Below are positions 34,401 to 47,100 of a stretch of 64,000 nt of DNA, piece by piece. Position 1 is the first letter of the stretch. Each line of letters opens with the position of its first letter. The notes under the pieces are model-generated. The model saw only the letters and a list, made by a program, of their open reading frames with translations, was not told where the DNA came from and did not search any database. The DNA comes from Fimbriosthenelais zetlandica (Eukaryota). Made by a program: the position numbers and the translations under genes. The stretch covers positions 58,962,001 to 59,026,000 of the forward strand of contig OZ365109.1 of assembly GCA_977030845.1 (NCBI GenBank), given 5' to 3'.

Positions 34401-37400
34401 TCACTGTTGACACTGAAGTTCAACTTATGATAAAATACATTTCTCCGTGGAATAAATGCATAGAAACTTAATACGACACGGAGTAACATGTGTAAATTTG
34501 CACTGTCTAATTTATTTTTATTTTTAAAAATTATTTATTCGTGATTTATGGCGTTTTATTTGGCCATAACTAGATTTTAACATGTCCGTGTCACAAACGT
34601 TCCATGCGTCTGGCACTGTGCCAAGTTTTTTCTCCAGGAGGACGTGCTGCAAATCCTGCATGGATATTGTTCAGAATTATGAATTGAATGTAAATTAAAT
34701 ATCACCATACTGATTTAGGGATATTTTTCTGAATCCTTACAAGTTTTTATGTGGTTTTGTTAATTATTTGCGATTTGGTGGGGTGTGGAAGTGGAGTGAG
34801 TCGACTGTCTGGATCCAATGCATTGGGCAATAGGGATATCCAAGTTTAGTTTATGAACTTACCGTTGGCGTTGATGATAATATAATGAACCACGCCGTAT
34901 TTACCAAATATCCATCTCATAATATTTGATATCCGTGTTATGAAGAATTTCTTTTGTTGTCACCAATAACAGCCTAATAATCCAAGGTCGGGTAGACTGA
35001 AACTGCCAGTTGTATTTGAAACGTCAGCTCAGGAACTGATGTTGACTGGGTTATCGTTAACTGTAGTGTAGATGATCTAGTAGAGAGAGCCAAATTACAC
35101 AATAATTTGCAATCGATGGCTGAATCAAATTCACTGCGATACAACTGCAAATCACCAGGCATATGACTCGATCGGTAGTCTGAAGATATACTTGAATTCT
35201 TAGAAAGAAAATCCCAAATAAAATCGTTGACTTCAAAGTACGTGGTTTGAACAGAGTGAGCCACAAGATTTGGCTGTGGTTTCGCATCTCGATCTAAATC
35301 TGTGAAGTCGCCAATATTACTTTAGGTTATTCTCAAACCCTTGAATCGGCTACAGTATACCGTACAATTCTAAGTAGATTCCAGTTCACCCCAAATTTGT
35401 AGTTTTTGTAGACCTAGATCAAGTTTTTTTTTACGAAAGTAAACTTAGTGACCTTGACCTTTCAACATGGAGTGAGTTCATGGAGCATTTCCCAAATCTA
35501 CAAAGTCTATTTCGACTCTTATATACACACTTCTATATTATATGACATGATAAACGTGTAACAAGTGTGAATTTATGAATATATTTTTGTTAGGATGAAA
35601 TTATAAGGTAACTGTATGAAATGATATAGATAATATTGGAAGTAGCGATGGTCTGGGCGGTAATACAACTATAACAAGCCAGGGAATACTCTCTCGGGTG
35701 TGTTGACAGTTGTTCATATGCAGCTGTTCATATACGAGCGGATTTTTTCTTCGGCACGGGAACAGTAATGATTATAGTTCTATGGTAGTTAATGAGTTTC
35801 ATTATCAAGATTTTGAGCACTTCCATCTGAATTGTAGATCTATTTCTTTGCAAGGTCGCTTCATATTGCAGGGTAGAATCTATACATTATTATTAAGAAA
35901 ATATTTACTGGTAATTGAAATAATCTGAGTTAATTTACAAGGACCTGTACCATATTTTGTTTATTTTAATACTAGGCTGTTTTCGACAAGTCTAATTCTC
36001 TAGCCTAGAAGTAGGCCTACCCGCTACCGGTCTACCTGAAATTTAATTTGAAAATCAAGGAAATTAAATTACATCTACCTTTTTTTAAATGAGAAACGAA
36101 ATTACTATACATTGTATAGTACGACTTGCACTTGTTATCGTCATTTTTATACCAATGTCATAAATGAGAGCTCTCTTGGCAACGTCAAAAGGAGGACTTT
36201 GACCATGTCCTGGGGCTCTCTGATGTTAGGCCCAGTTGTGACTTTATAACATTTAAGAATGTAATCATTTCAAAGGATACAAGGATTGAAGGGTCAGATC
36301 CACCAAAGGGACTTCTCATACCAAATTTCTCCCTTCGTATTTGATACTTGATCTTTTAAAAGGTTTTATTTTTTGTAATTACTTTGTATTCTGGTGGTAA
36401 TACTGGTATAGGGCAGTAGGTTTACAAAAGCTCCAGTTGAAATAGTACTGTTGAAGGCGGGGGAACCCCAAAAATGGTGTGCACGGGAAAGTAATTAATG
36501 ATGCATCATACGTTGGAATGCTTGTTTTCCATAACAATATTTATTTAATTTCCCATTTTTTCGGAAATCGGTTTAGTGGATCCGAGCTTTTAGAATGATT
36601 GATTAAAAACAGCGTCTGCTAGCCATTCCTCCAGGGTTGTGTGAAGATTCAGCCTGTGAATTGTATGGCTGAGGGTGCTAGATCTCCCAGGGCTACCTCA
36701 CGTTAGTCTGGAGCACGGCCAGACATCGGTTCACTGGTTCACTTAAAACATGAAAGACTTGCTGATCATCCAAGGTGGACAATCAGATGCCAGTTAGTAC
36801 ATCTATTAAACAACAATCACTTTTTATGGCGCTGGCTGCTTCTGGAATAAAAACTCAAATACAAAGTATATATATTGGATGATATAATTATTGAAAACAA
36901 CTCTGTTGTAGTTATAAGTAATTTGATCAACGTGTGTACTTTCGTATTTAAAATTTAAAGATATCGAAATGAAACTATTAGGTAGGAAATGAAGTGGGAT
37001 CCGATTGTTAAGCGATGAACTTATGGAAATCTGCTTAGTGGACACGGACCCTAAGTCTCAATCTGAAGCTCTAATGCTCTGAATGAACTATACCGGCTGG
37101 CCACCTTGAAGATTGTCTGGGCGAGGGAATGGGCGAGAAATTACAATCAGTTTATGCCAGGGGATTTGGAGGATTGAATCCGGGGATTGGATGGGGGATA
37201 AGGGAGAAAGAGTAGAGAGAGAAAGTGAGAGAGGCAAATGTTGAGTTAACAGTTAACACAGTCTTGAGTTCTCTTGTAATGTGACTGACTGGAAAGCAGT
37301 CAGTAAGACCGTGAGTCCGGCAAAGAGCCGCACCGACTGGAATTTGAGTCCAAGACTCACTGCATGGAGTAATCGATGAAATCCTGGAAACTGTTTTTAA

Positions 37401-40400
37401 CTTCGCAACTTATCGTAAGAGATATAGGCACAATGTACATCGCTGTCAGATTAGTGTGTATTCTACTTCTGAATTTGTCACTGATTCATTACCTTTTATC
37501 ATTCTCCAGCCATCGATCCCTATCTCGCTCTTCCCCTTTCCCCTCATCCATCCATCTATCCATCCATCCCTTCTGGCTTCATTCCCTGATTTAGCTTGTT
37601 ATATAAATTGAATGTAAATGATCTAAGGCGCTATGTTCATACATTACACGTTGACATGGGTCTGACCACCTCCACCCTCCCATAACACTACTCCATATCT
37701 TCACCGTATAGCCTACATGTATGTAGATATTTTAGTAACTAATAGATTTCCTTGGCCTTCAGAAGCAAAGATTGCCAGGGTGCCCCGCTCATATCCCCGC
37801 CGCCTATGTCAATGATATAGACTGCTTAATTATAGGAGCATATCCAAGGCAGGGGTGGGTATGAATATAATATTCATATATAACTATAAGTCACAGATAT
37901 GTCATTATATAGAGATTACACAAAAACTGATTCTTAATTTGTTCCAACTAGTGGCAGTTGTTCTTTTGTCTGTCAGATTCTATGGAACTTTTTTTCTGGT
38001 AAGTACAGCCTTGTGGGTGTAGCTAATGTCAATGTGTTTTGGTCAAAGAATCCAATTTTTGGAGTGGTCAGTTTAGATCAGAGCTTATATTGGGGTCAGC
38101 TTCAAAGGCTTGGCTGTTGTCCAGAACTGGCCTCTACCAACATGATGAATGTGAGTCCAGAGTTCCTGGCTCGCGTGACCAAATGACATGCAATACTGAA
38201 ACAAGTAACAAGTTAGTAGGGACCCAGGTGTCTATAAATCCTACTAAATTTACCTACATCAGCTGAAATGACAATTATTCCAGAATAAATAGATTCCATC
38301 TCCATACATATGGTTGTATTTTAATAAAATACAGAGCTATTGATGTGTTTGCCACATGGAGGAGAGACACATACATGTGTCATGTGTCATTTTGGTTGTC
38401 CAGGTGAGTGGATTTCCAAACACAACCATGTCCCACGTGAGTCATCATCATTCTGATAATCAACCCCCAACACCACCACCCCCACCACCCACCCACCACC
38501 ACCAGCACCACCTAAACAACAGTAGTGGTGGCGGTGTACTGTATACTCCTGCTTACCTGTAGATCGCTCTTATTGATGCTCCACCATCCACACACACCTG
38601 GCCCGGGACCTACTCCACTCTCCCTCTCAGTCTGCCTCCCTCTCCCAGGCTATAGACACTGATTATTTATCTCCCGGGATTTCACTCCCATTCCCATCCC
38701 ACTGATATATTATAGACCTCATTAACTCGAGCTGGATCAGACTAGAGACCTTATAGCATTGAAAATATAAAATGGATTTTACCATTCGTTCGTGTTAATA
38801 TCGCCAGAATTCCAGGTTGGTGCATTGACAAATATTTGATACATTTCCATTGCATTTGTGAGTGTGTTGATTGATTTTCGTGGATATTTCTCCCACATGT
38901 CTGCCCATGTTTGATGATATAGTTGATCTCTAGATTGTACTGAACAATTAGTCTGAATCATGTTGCTTCATTCATAATATCATTATCAGACTCGCCTTCC
39001 TCTTTTAATATGAATGTCTTCATTCGTGTAATAATTATCAGTAAATGAGAAAGTCTTTTCCTGGAATCAATTTTTAATCAGGACTAAGCATGTACTTTAG
39101 AATGTACTTGCAGACACCTTGACTTATCCCATGGTATATAATGTCTGAGAGGTGTGTATCACCAGTTATATGAACTACTATTGAACCATGAACTGATAAG
39201 GAAAAAATATATGACTTCAGTGTACCAGACATTAACTAGTTTGAGTTATCTGAAGCCTGTCCATGTATGTCTGGAGGCGAGGGGCTCCATCTACCTTTCC
39301 AGCCTTTACACAAAGCCGTCAAATACTGAACATTATTAATATTCGTTGACATGAATAGAGAGGTCACAGTCACACTGATGAAATAGAGCGTAAACTAGAT
39401 ATTTTCCATCTTGAGGAGTAGGCTAATACCACCTGGGGAAGAATTACTGCAGACACGATGCATGATCAAAAATATTTTCTGTGTGATATTGTAACTTTAA
39501 AAGAGTAATATCTTGACTAAATAATTATATGACACACGACCGTGTGGGAACACGTTGTGGCTTAGAAGTCTTTCTTATGTGTCATGCATGAAACTGGATC
39601 TTCCCCAGTTTAAACTGGGTCAGTATTCCTGTACATGGAGGTGCACATACACAAGGCTGAGATACCATAGATTTATCCCCTTAAGCTTAGATCGATAGGT
39701 ACTCCCCCGGAATATGTACCATAGCTTTCCCCCCGCAAGAGGAAACTGTGGTTTTCTGTTTCACCTGCCTGAGCTAGGCTAGCTGGTGTTTGCCCGGTGA
39801 AAACCACAATCTGCATATACTACTACCCATCCTCCGATAATCATTGTTTGCATTGGTTCCCCCTCAGGGCCTTCCTCTCGCGCACACACCTTTGCTAACT
39901 GACCTTAGGTTGGTATTGATTTTTTCGCCTTATTGACACGTATGAAAACCATAACGTTGTGATTTGATCTGTATAGTACTTGAGCTCTCTTTGCCTGGTC
40001 TTTCATCACATAAATGACTGTACAAGTATTATTATTGCTGCCAGAGTGCCATTCTACAAAATAACTCTTATGTAAAATACTAGATGAATTCATACGGAAG
40101 ATCAGAGTACTTAGGCTCACCATTTTCTTCTGTAAACTGTATTTATTAATGTAAATCTGGTAATTGAGTAAATGAAAGGAAGAATGAAAATCTGACATCC
40201 TGTTGGGAAATATGTCATTATATGCGCAGAGAAATTCCCAAGTTTTCATGAGGCCTCTCCTTCATGCATTATCAGTGCATTATAAGCCAAAGAACTGCAA
40301 GGTTCACTGTAATTGAATGATGCTGTGTATTTCTTTTATATTACATGCATACATGTACCTTTGTCGTCAAGGCTTTTCTTGTAAGCAATTAAAGGTCCAA

Positions 40401-41320
40401 TCATGAGAGTATTTTAGTAACATTTCTAAGAAAATGTGATAATTTCTGTATCTCATTAGATACACTGGGCCATTAAGCAATGTGGATGTAAACATAATGA
40501 AGCTGTTGGCATTCCATCTTCCTCCCATACTCGGGTGTAATTACCCTCTGATGTTTACCATGAACCCATATTTCCAGCGTAACCTTGTTTAAACATTAGC
40601 TACATCAGGGACCGTTTCTTAAAAATGCCAGACAGCTTTGGGCAACACAAGCCGATCATAACCTTTTCATCTCTCAAGACTGAATATTTTGATTAAAAAA
40701 TATTTAGGCTTCCTTTGAAGTTAACAAAAATACAAGTTATAGAAAACTAGTGACAACATAACATGATAAATAGAAATATACATATATGTTTTGTTAATAT
40801 TTTGTTTGAGTAAACCCCCCAAGATCTCACTAATCCACTAAGCCTGTCAAGCTAAACCCCCTCACATACCTGAAGGTGGAGGAGAGGTGAAGGATTCTCC
40901 TGAAGACCCTGTGATTCATGACAAGTCAGAGGGATTAGTATCGGAGTGAGTGGGATTGGGGGAAGACTGTATGGGGCGTGACATGAATTAGCCACCCTCG
41001 CTTGACCGACACAGAACACTAGTCCGCCCTCAGTGTTGAACATACCCCGCGCAGGCCTATGGAAGTCTAAACCACAGGATCGTTTGAGAGGAAATTGTGC
41101 AGCATAATTGTTTTCTCTCTGTAATCTTGGGCGAAATGAGAAAGCCAGTCTGTGGTCGATGAATACCTTCCTTCTCGTTAGTATTTCCCTTTACTGAGCC
41201 TGTACACGAACACAGAAAAACAGAGTTTTGAAATGTTCTGTAGTGACGAAACAATCTTTGTTTGATATGAATATATGGATTTTTCCTAACCATTTAGGTC
41301 GGAGAAATATATATTCTAAT

Positions 41321-41366
41321 ACAAGTATATATTCTACTACATGACAAGTATATATTCTACTACATA
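41321..41366. repeat. 23-bp tandem repeat (ACAAGTATATATTCTACTACAT x2, plus a partial copy upstream)
   Basis: Direct reading of the sequence. Confidence 0.85.
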
Positions 41367-44184
41367 ACATACAGAAATGAGAATACTAGATCATACCCCA
41401 TGTTGACTTGTTCATGGAAAATCATTGACCTTGGTGTCTGTCTCGATCGCTTTTGGATTTAAGGATTAATTACCGTTCATCTATATAGACTAGAATTAAT
41501 GGAAGTCGTGTAGGTTAATCAAGTTAATACAGGGTCACATCTGACTGTTGAGCATTGAAGAAACCATCTGTTGTGGGTGAGCCATATAATCTATAATGAA
41601 CTTTATCTGACTTTAGGCCATGGGTTTGACCGTTTCTCTTCGATAAATGTACTATACTCGAAGTCTAGTATCTATTGAACATTATGATTCATATCGCCAA
41701 TGTGATATAAATGTGTCTATTCTCTGCCAGTTTGCCAACCACATTTGTTTCAATGCCCATTATCATTAGTTCAGATGAAAGTTAGTCTCATTCATGTCAC
41801 TGTCTATCATTTCCCTTGATAAGCTTATCGTAGTGAGGTCGAAAAACAAATAAATATTTATGCATTACATCCCCATAATTTAGGCAGATGAGCAAAGGAA
41901 GATTTTAAATAGGTTTTAAAATATTCCAACGACTCGCTCCATCCACCATCAAAATCCAACTTACTGTACAATGTGCTGCTGAAAGAATTAGATTTCAAAC
42001 CAAATCAAGAATGTCTTTCCCTAATGTCATCTCTGAGACAAATTAATGTATTTTGTGAAAATTCTCACATAACGCGCTTCCGAATGACGTGACGCTCTAA
42101 TCATAAAAGAATTTTCATTAAGGATCTTAAAGTGGTTTCTCAGAATTCGCTAGAAAGAAATTGGATAAAATTTTACCTCATTAAAATTATTTAACTAACT
42201 CGGTTAGATAACCTGTACTGTGACTTAAATGGACCTACAAGTTGATTCAAATATTAAATTGGGCAAATAAATGTGGACAGAATATCGTTAAAACCCTATT
42301 TCCTATCTCGAGGTGATTATGTTAGAAAATCAATTTAAGTTTTCTGAAGTTCAGATTACTGTTGGGAGAGTAAACTTCGATGCTCATGCTCAAAATGAAA
42401 TGACCTCAGCCATTGGGCCCAGGCTGTGTATGGATCCGGCTGACCTACTTCCATCCCCTCCCACTACTATTATACTACATAAGATCTATAGATGTTTGTG
42501 ACTGTCCTCCATATACCTTATTATGCTGGACCAGGTGAGTCAGTGACTGACACGCTGACGTAAATATTAATACCCAAGTTCTACATACTGTCAGCTACCG
42601 TGACGTACAAATATTCTGACATAGTCCTCACTAAAATTGTGTATTTACACTTTAAAGATCTGAGACTTCATTTTATCAAAGATATCCAGATCCATCTTGA
42701 GTCCTAGTACCATTATGTACCGACCGAGTTTGACACGTTTTTCTCTAAAATTTGGGTCCACATATTTTTGAAAATATATTTAAAAATAAATCTTTGCGTT
42801 TGTTTCCGCTCTAATTTCAGTCCATCCACACCCTGTACTGATAGTCGCATAGTGTATTTGTCCCCCACATTCACATAAAGCTTCTCATTGAAATGGTCTA
42901 TTGGTGTAAATGGGCGGTAAAGGTTAATAAATACTCTGAATTTGGCCAGTTATTCTGCTATGCTCACTTAGACAGCTAATGCTTTAATGTGAGGGAGGGC
43001 TGTGCTGGTCTGTCAACCACATGACAGCTGAGTGGTCTGAGCATTCCTCTTCATTGAAGGCTGGTTCACTTTCCAGACCGATGACCCTTTCAGACTAAGT
43101 GCCTTTAGCACTGGCCCATTTGGTTAGGATCCAGAATTGTGTAATATATTAATGTACAAAGACTGGGTTTTGTCTCATACAATCCATAATATTTTTTACA
43201 TAGGTCTACACTGATACCTCTATCTCAAAATGACACTTTTGTATGAATCTATATAAGTCCAAATACATCTATCCATGATGATCCATCCACTTTGAGTGAA
43301 CCATTTTTCGAAATGGAAACGAGTCCATGGTCCGTTTTGAATTAGAATATGAATGTATGTTTGTAATATTTGACTTGTATGGGAAAAATAGCTGACCTCA
43401 TCCTGGGACTATATGACCTAAACAAGGCTTCTAGACCACAACCTGCTCCAGTAGGCGAGGAATAGTCACTGTTGATACACATTATGTATTGGATCAAACC
43501 ATAGGGAATGCCACTGGCCTTGGATATATATATATAATATATATGTTTGAATGTCGATTGGAGTTCCTCCAAGGACCAACAGAATAGCTCTCATATATTT
43601 GCCCTGGAGGAAATTGTTAGCTGTACTTGTGGTAGATTGACTGTTCCTATCACAGTAGGGCCAGTTTTGCTGGCTGTGGTTCTTATTTGAATTTTATTCC
43701 TTAGTTAATGTTTTTTCTTATGTTCACAACCTACTCATTGCATTCTGGGTGCACTGAAGAAAACATGAAATGGAGTTATTCAACGGTAGATATTTACTAA
43801 TGAATGGATCCCTGCGTATATATAATTTATTGTGTGATTCTGGTTAAAACTAAAGGTCAAATTAATGCCGTATAAATCCTCTGGATACATGTATTGAGTA
43901 ATTGACTCAATACTTGACTCAATACCTAAGACTCTGGAAAGTCTCGTGATAAGCACATAAGAATTCAGTCAGAAGTATTTCAGTAGTACTACCTTTTGAT
44001 TTATATTGGCATGTCCAAGAACCAGATTGTGACCATGTAATTCGGTGATCATGAAGCCAATATATGCTCACCTAGATTATGCCTTCAGGAAAAAAAGCCT
44101 TAGGAAATTACTTCTACCTTTGTTGAAAACATAATCTTATGAAACCTTTCTTATATCTTTCAGATGAAGACATGACATGGTAAG

Positions 44185-47100
44185 ATGGAAGAAAAGCGGA
44201 TAGTGGACTACTTCGTAGTGGCCGGGTTACCTGATAATCCCGAGCCGCTCGAAGAGTTCTCAAATGAAGCCACCTTGAAACCGACGCACAAGCAGGATCC
44301 CATCGTGGACATCGCTGTGATCGTCCGCAGTCTGGGTGAAACACCTCCCGCCAAATACAAATGTGTGGAGTTTACTCCATCAGGCTTACCAGCAGACCTC
44401 AACCATGGAAGTATCAGAGCACCGGAGGTGTATTTATGCTACAGAAGGGGCAGAGACAAGCCTCCCATTACCGATCTGGGGTGAGTACTTTCATAGGCTT
44501 GAAATCGCCATTTCTGTTCTTTACCCATAGGGCAGAGTGGTAGGAGAAAATAAGAGCAATCTTATTGCCATGGTTTGATGGATGGGAGTGAGAAATGCAG
44601 TGCTGGGCCCTAATGTGGCCAGTTATGGGACCTGATGACAATCATTCTGATCAGTGACAAATTGTAGGGCAAAACCATTATCTACTGCCTACCCGCATTC
44701 TGACCTGAAGGTGTGAGTTGTCCCACATATCGGTGCCAGTAATTGACGCCCGAGAAAGCTGTGGAATCTGTACCACCTTATTTCTGAGACATCCCTTTTA
44801 TGGCCTCATTGCTCTGAAAAGAAATTCCCCATTCCTTCTCATGCAGTCTGTTGTTTATTTCCTTGGAAATACTTTCTTCCTGCAAGAAAGTTGCATCGCA
44901 GATTTGAAGAAACGTTTTTAAGAAATTAGTCTCTCTTTATATAACCTATGTAAATGTATTATATATAAATTTGCTTTAAAATTACTGACAGGAGTGGTAA
45001 ACCGCAGTCACACCCCCGCTTGGTGCTGTCCTTATAACAAATTCATCGCTCATTTTATTCCTATTTTGAGAAAGAATTTGTCCTTGTTTCAGGGTGTTAT
45101 ATGAAGGCAAAGAGCGAGTTATGCAGGGGTGTGAGATAGTCCACACGTCTCCGTACGGTCGTTCTGCTAACGTTAACAATTCCAACAGTAGCCGCACGTA
45201 CATCACGTACAGGCGGGCTGATGGAGCGGCCGCCAGCGACACGCTAGCTGTCACAGACATCTGTGTTATACTCGCTAACAAGGTTAGTATTCTATCGATT
45301 TGCACTTAAAATTTAACTCAAACCGTAGCCTTAAAATTGGTGTTATCTTGCTTACATTGTCATGAATGTTTTATAGTCTGTGGGAAAAGGATGCCGGTAC
45401 ATCCTGAACTGATGATCAATCACTCGTGATTTGTCTCAACCGGAACATTTGTTGTCTTGGAATTTTATAATTACTTAAGTCCAAATCTATTAGAATCAGG
45501 ATACGTTGGATTTATCAATTTCTCCAATACTTATTGAAACCAACCCACATTTTAACCCATGCTGAGAAGAAACATTAGCCAATGCATGTATTGTTAAAGG
45601 CTCTTTGATGACTCTTTGAGATGGAAGGATTCACAATGGGTGATAGAATTGGATCATTGCGTTTTGAGTAATTTGATCCTGTTTCAATAACACACCTCAA
45701 TAAACGCCTCTTGGGCTGAACCACTGGGATGGGCTAGTGGAAAGGCTCGGATAGAAAACCGGAAACCACTGCCTTTATCTCATTGACGTCCTGAAACTGG
45801 TAACTCGATAACCTTACAACAAACAAATGTCCCACTTTGATAAACACTTCCTCTATTTAGTCTTGAATGATTGGCAGATGATGTGAGAATTGTGTAACTC
45901 ATTTAGTCCCGTCATAAATGTCTGTCACGTTAGTCATGCAGTAGAATTGGCGTTTAATAGCTGATAAATGTTCTACTGACATTGGATAACTATATTTCAT
46001 ATGTCAAGACTGAGAACTCACTGACCTTATCAACAATGCTGTACATGCACGTAAAACTATGGGCCGTTCTCAGTTCATTCTTGGAAAACCTCTAGGCAAG
46101 ATTTTATTGTCGGAAAAGGAACGCGAGTTTGTTTCTGAAAACCATTCTGTAGAAGAGAGTGTACGGATTTTATGTTTACATGTATCATATTAAAAAAAGG
46201 GCCATTTATCTTTTGGCATAGCGGCTTCGTGGTATAGAAAGTTGGGGTACAATCATAAATCCAAACGGTCCACTGGGAACTATCCAACCACTCAGTCTAA
46301 CTACTGTGATGGTGTCTAGACGTTAGACATGGTGAAATATACCACCACATTAGACCTCTTAGAGCGAGGCTTTTAGAGAATATCCCTTGTTGTTGGCCAC
46401 CCCCACGTTACAGTCTCAGCCACTATTTGAATGATAGTATCCTTGCTGGGGGTCTTTCCACATTGACTCTGGTCTTGGTGATATTGATTTTCCGTGGCAA
46501 ATACATCATTGTCACTCCGCTCTTACTGCAGCCCAGCCATCAACAAGAAACTGTCGCTTGCCTTCAATAGCCGGGTGAACCGTGTAAGTGAAGCAACCGG
46601 GTGAAAGGGCTATTTAGGGATTCAAAGATGATCTGGCTACGGTATACACCAAGAGGACTTGGATTTATCCCCTGTAGATAGGGATAGGACATCCTGGACA
46701 GATTGGATCCAGTCCTCCACAGAATAATTCAAACTCAGTCCCCCTGCTGTTTTTCTATTTTTGCTGACATTCAGATAAGGAGCTTCATGATATCATTTGT
46801 CTTGGCTCTGATTCTCCTGATGAATTAAAATAAATAATATTTGTTACCAGAGTATTTACTAGGGGGATCCAACAATTGTTAACAAGATGCTGCCCACTTG
46901 CAAACTCGGGAAAAGTTAATTTTAATGGACAGGGCCACTTTTCACAAAAGAAAACGTTTCCACTATTGGCAAATCCGTGCAGTAAGATGAGCTTTTATAG
47001 TAGGTTTGTAATTAAGTGACTGAAGGAAGCAGCTGAGGGCTTTGTGTGTATTTCCATCAAGTGTTTGGGTATTGAATCAGAAAAGGGACCTGCTCCTCCA

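Noticed and set aside
19000-44000. Many 60-160 aa ORFs in the supplied track
   Set aside because: They show no family motifs or splice-consistent chains. Most are low-complexity, antisense to real exons, or LINE debris.
45720-45780. A-box-like GGGCTAGTGG suggesting a tRNA or SINE head
   Set aside because: There is no B box and no cloverleaf.
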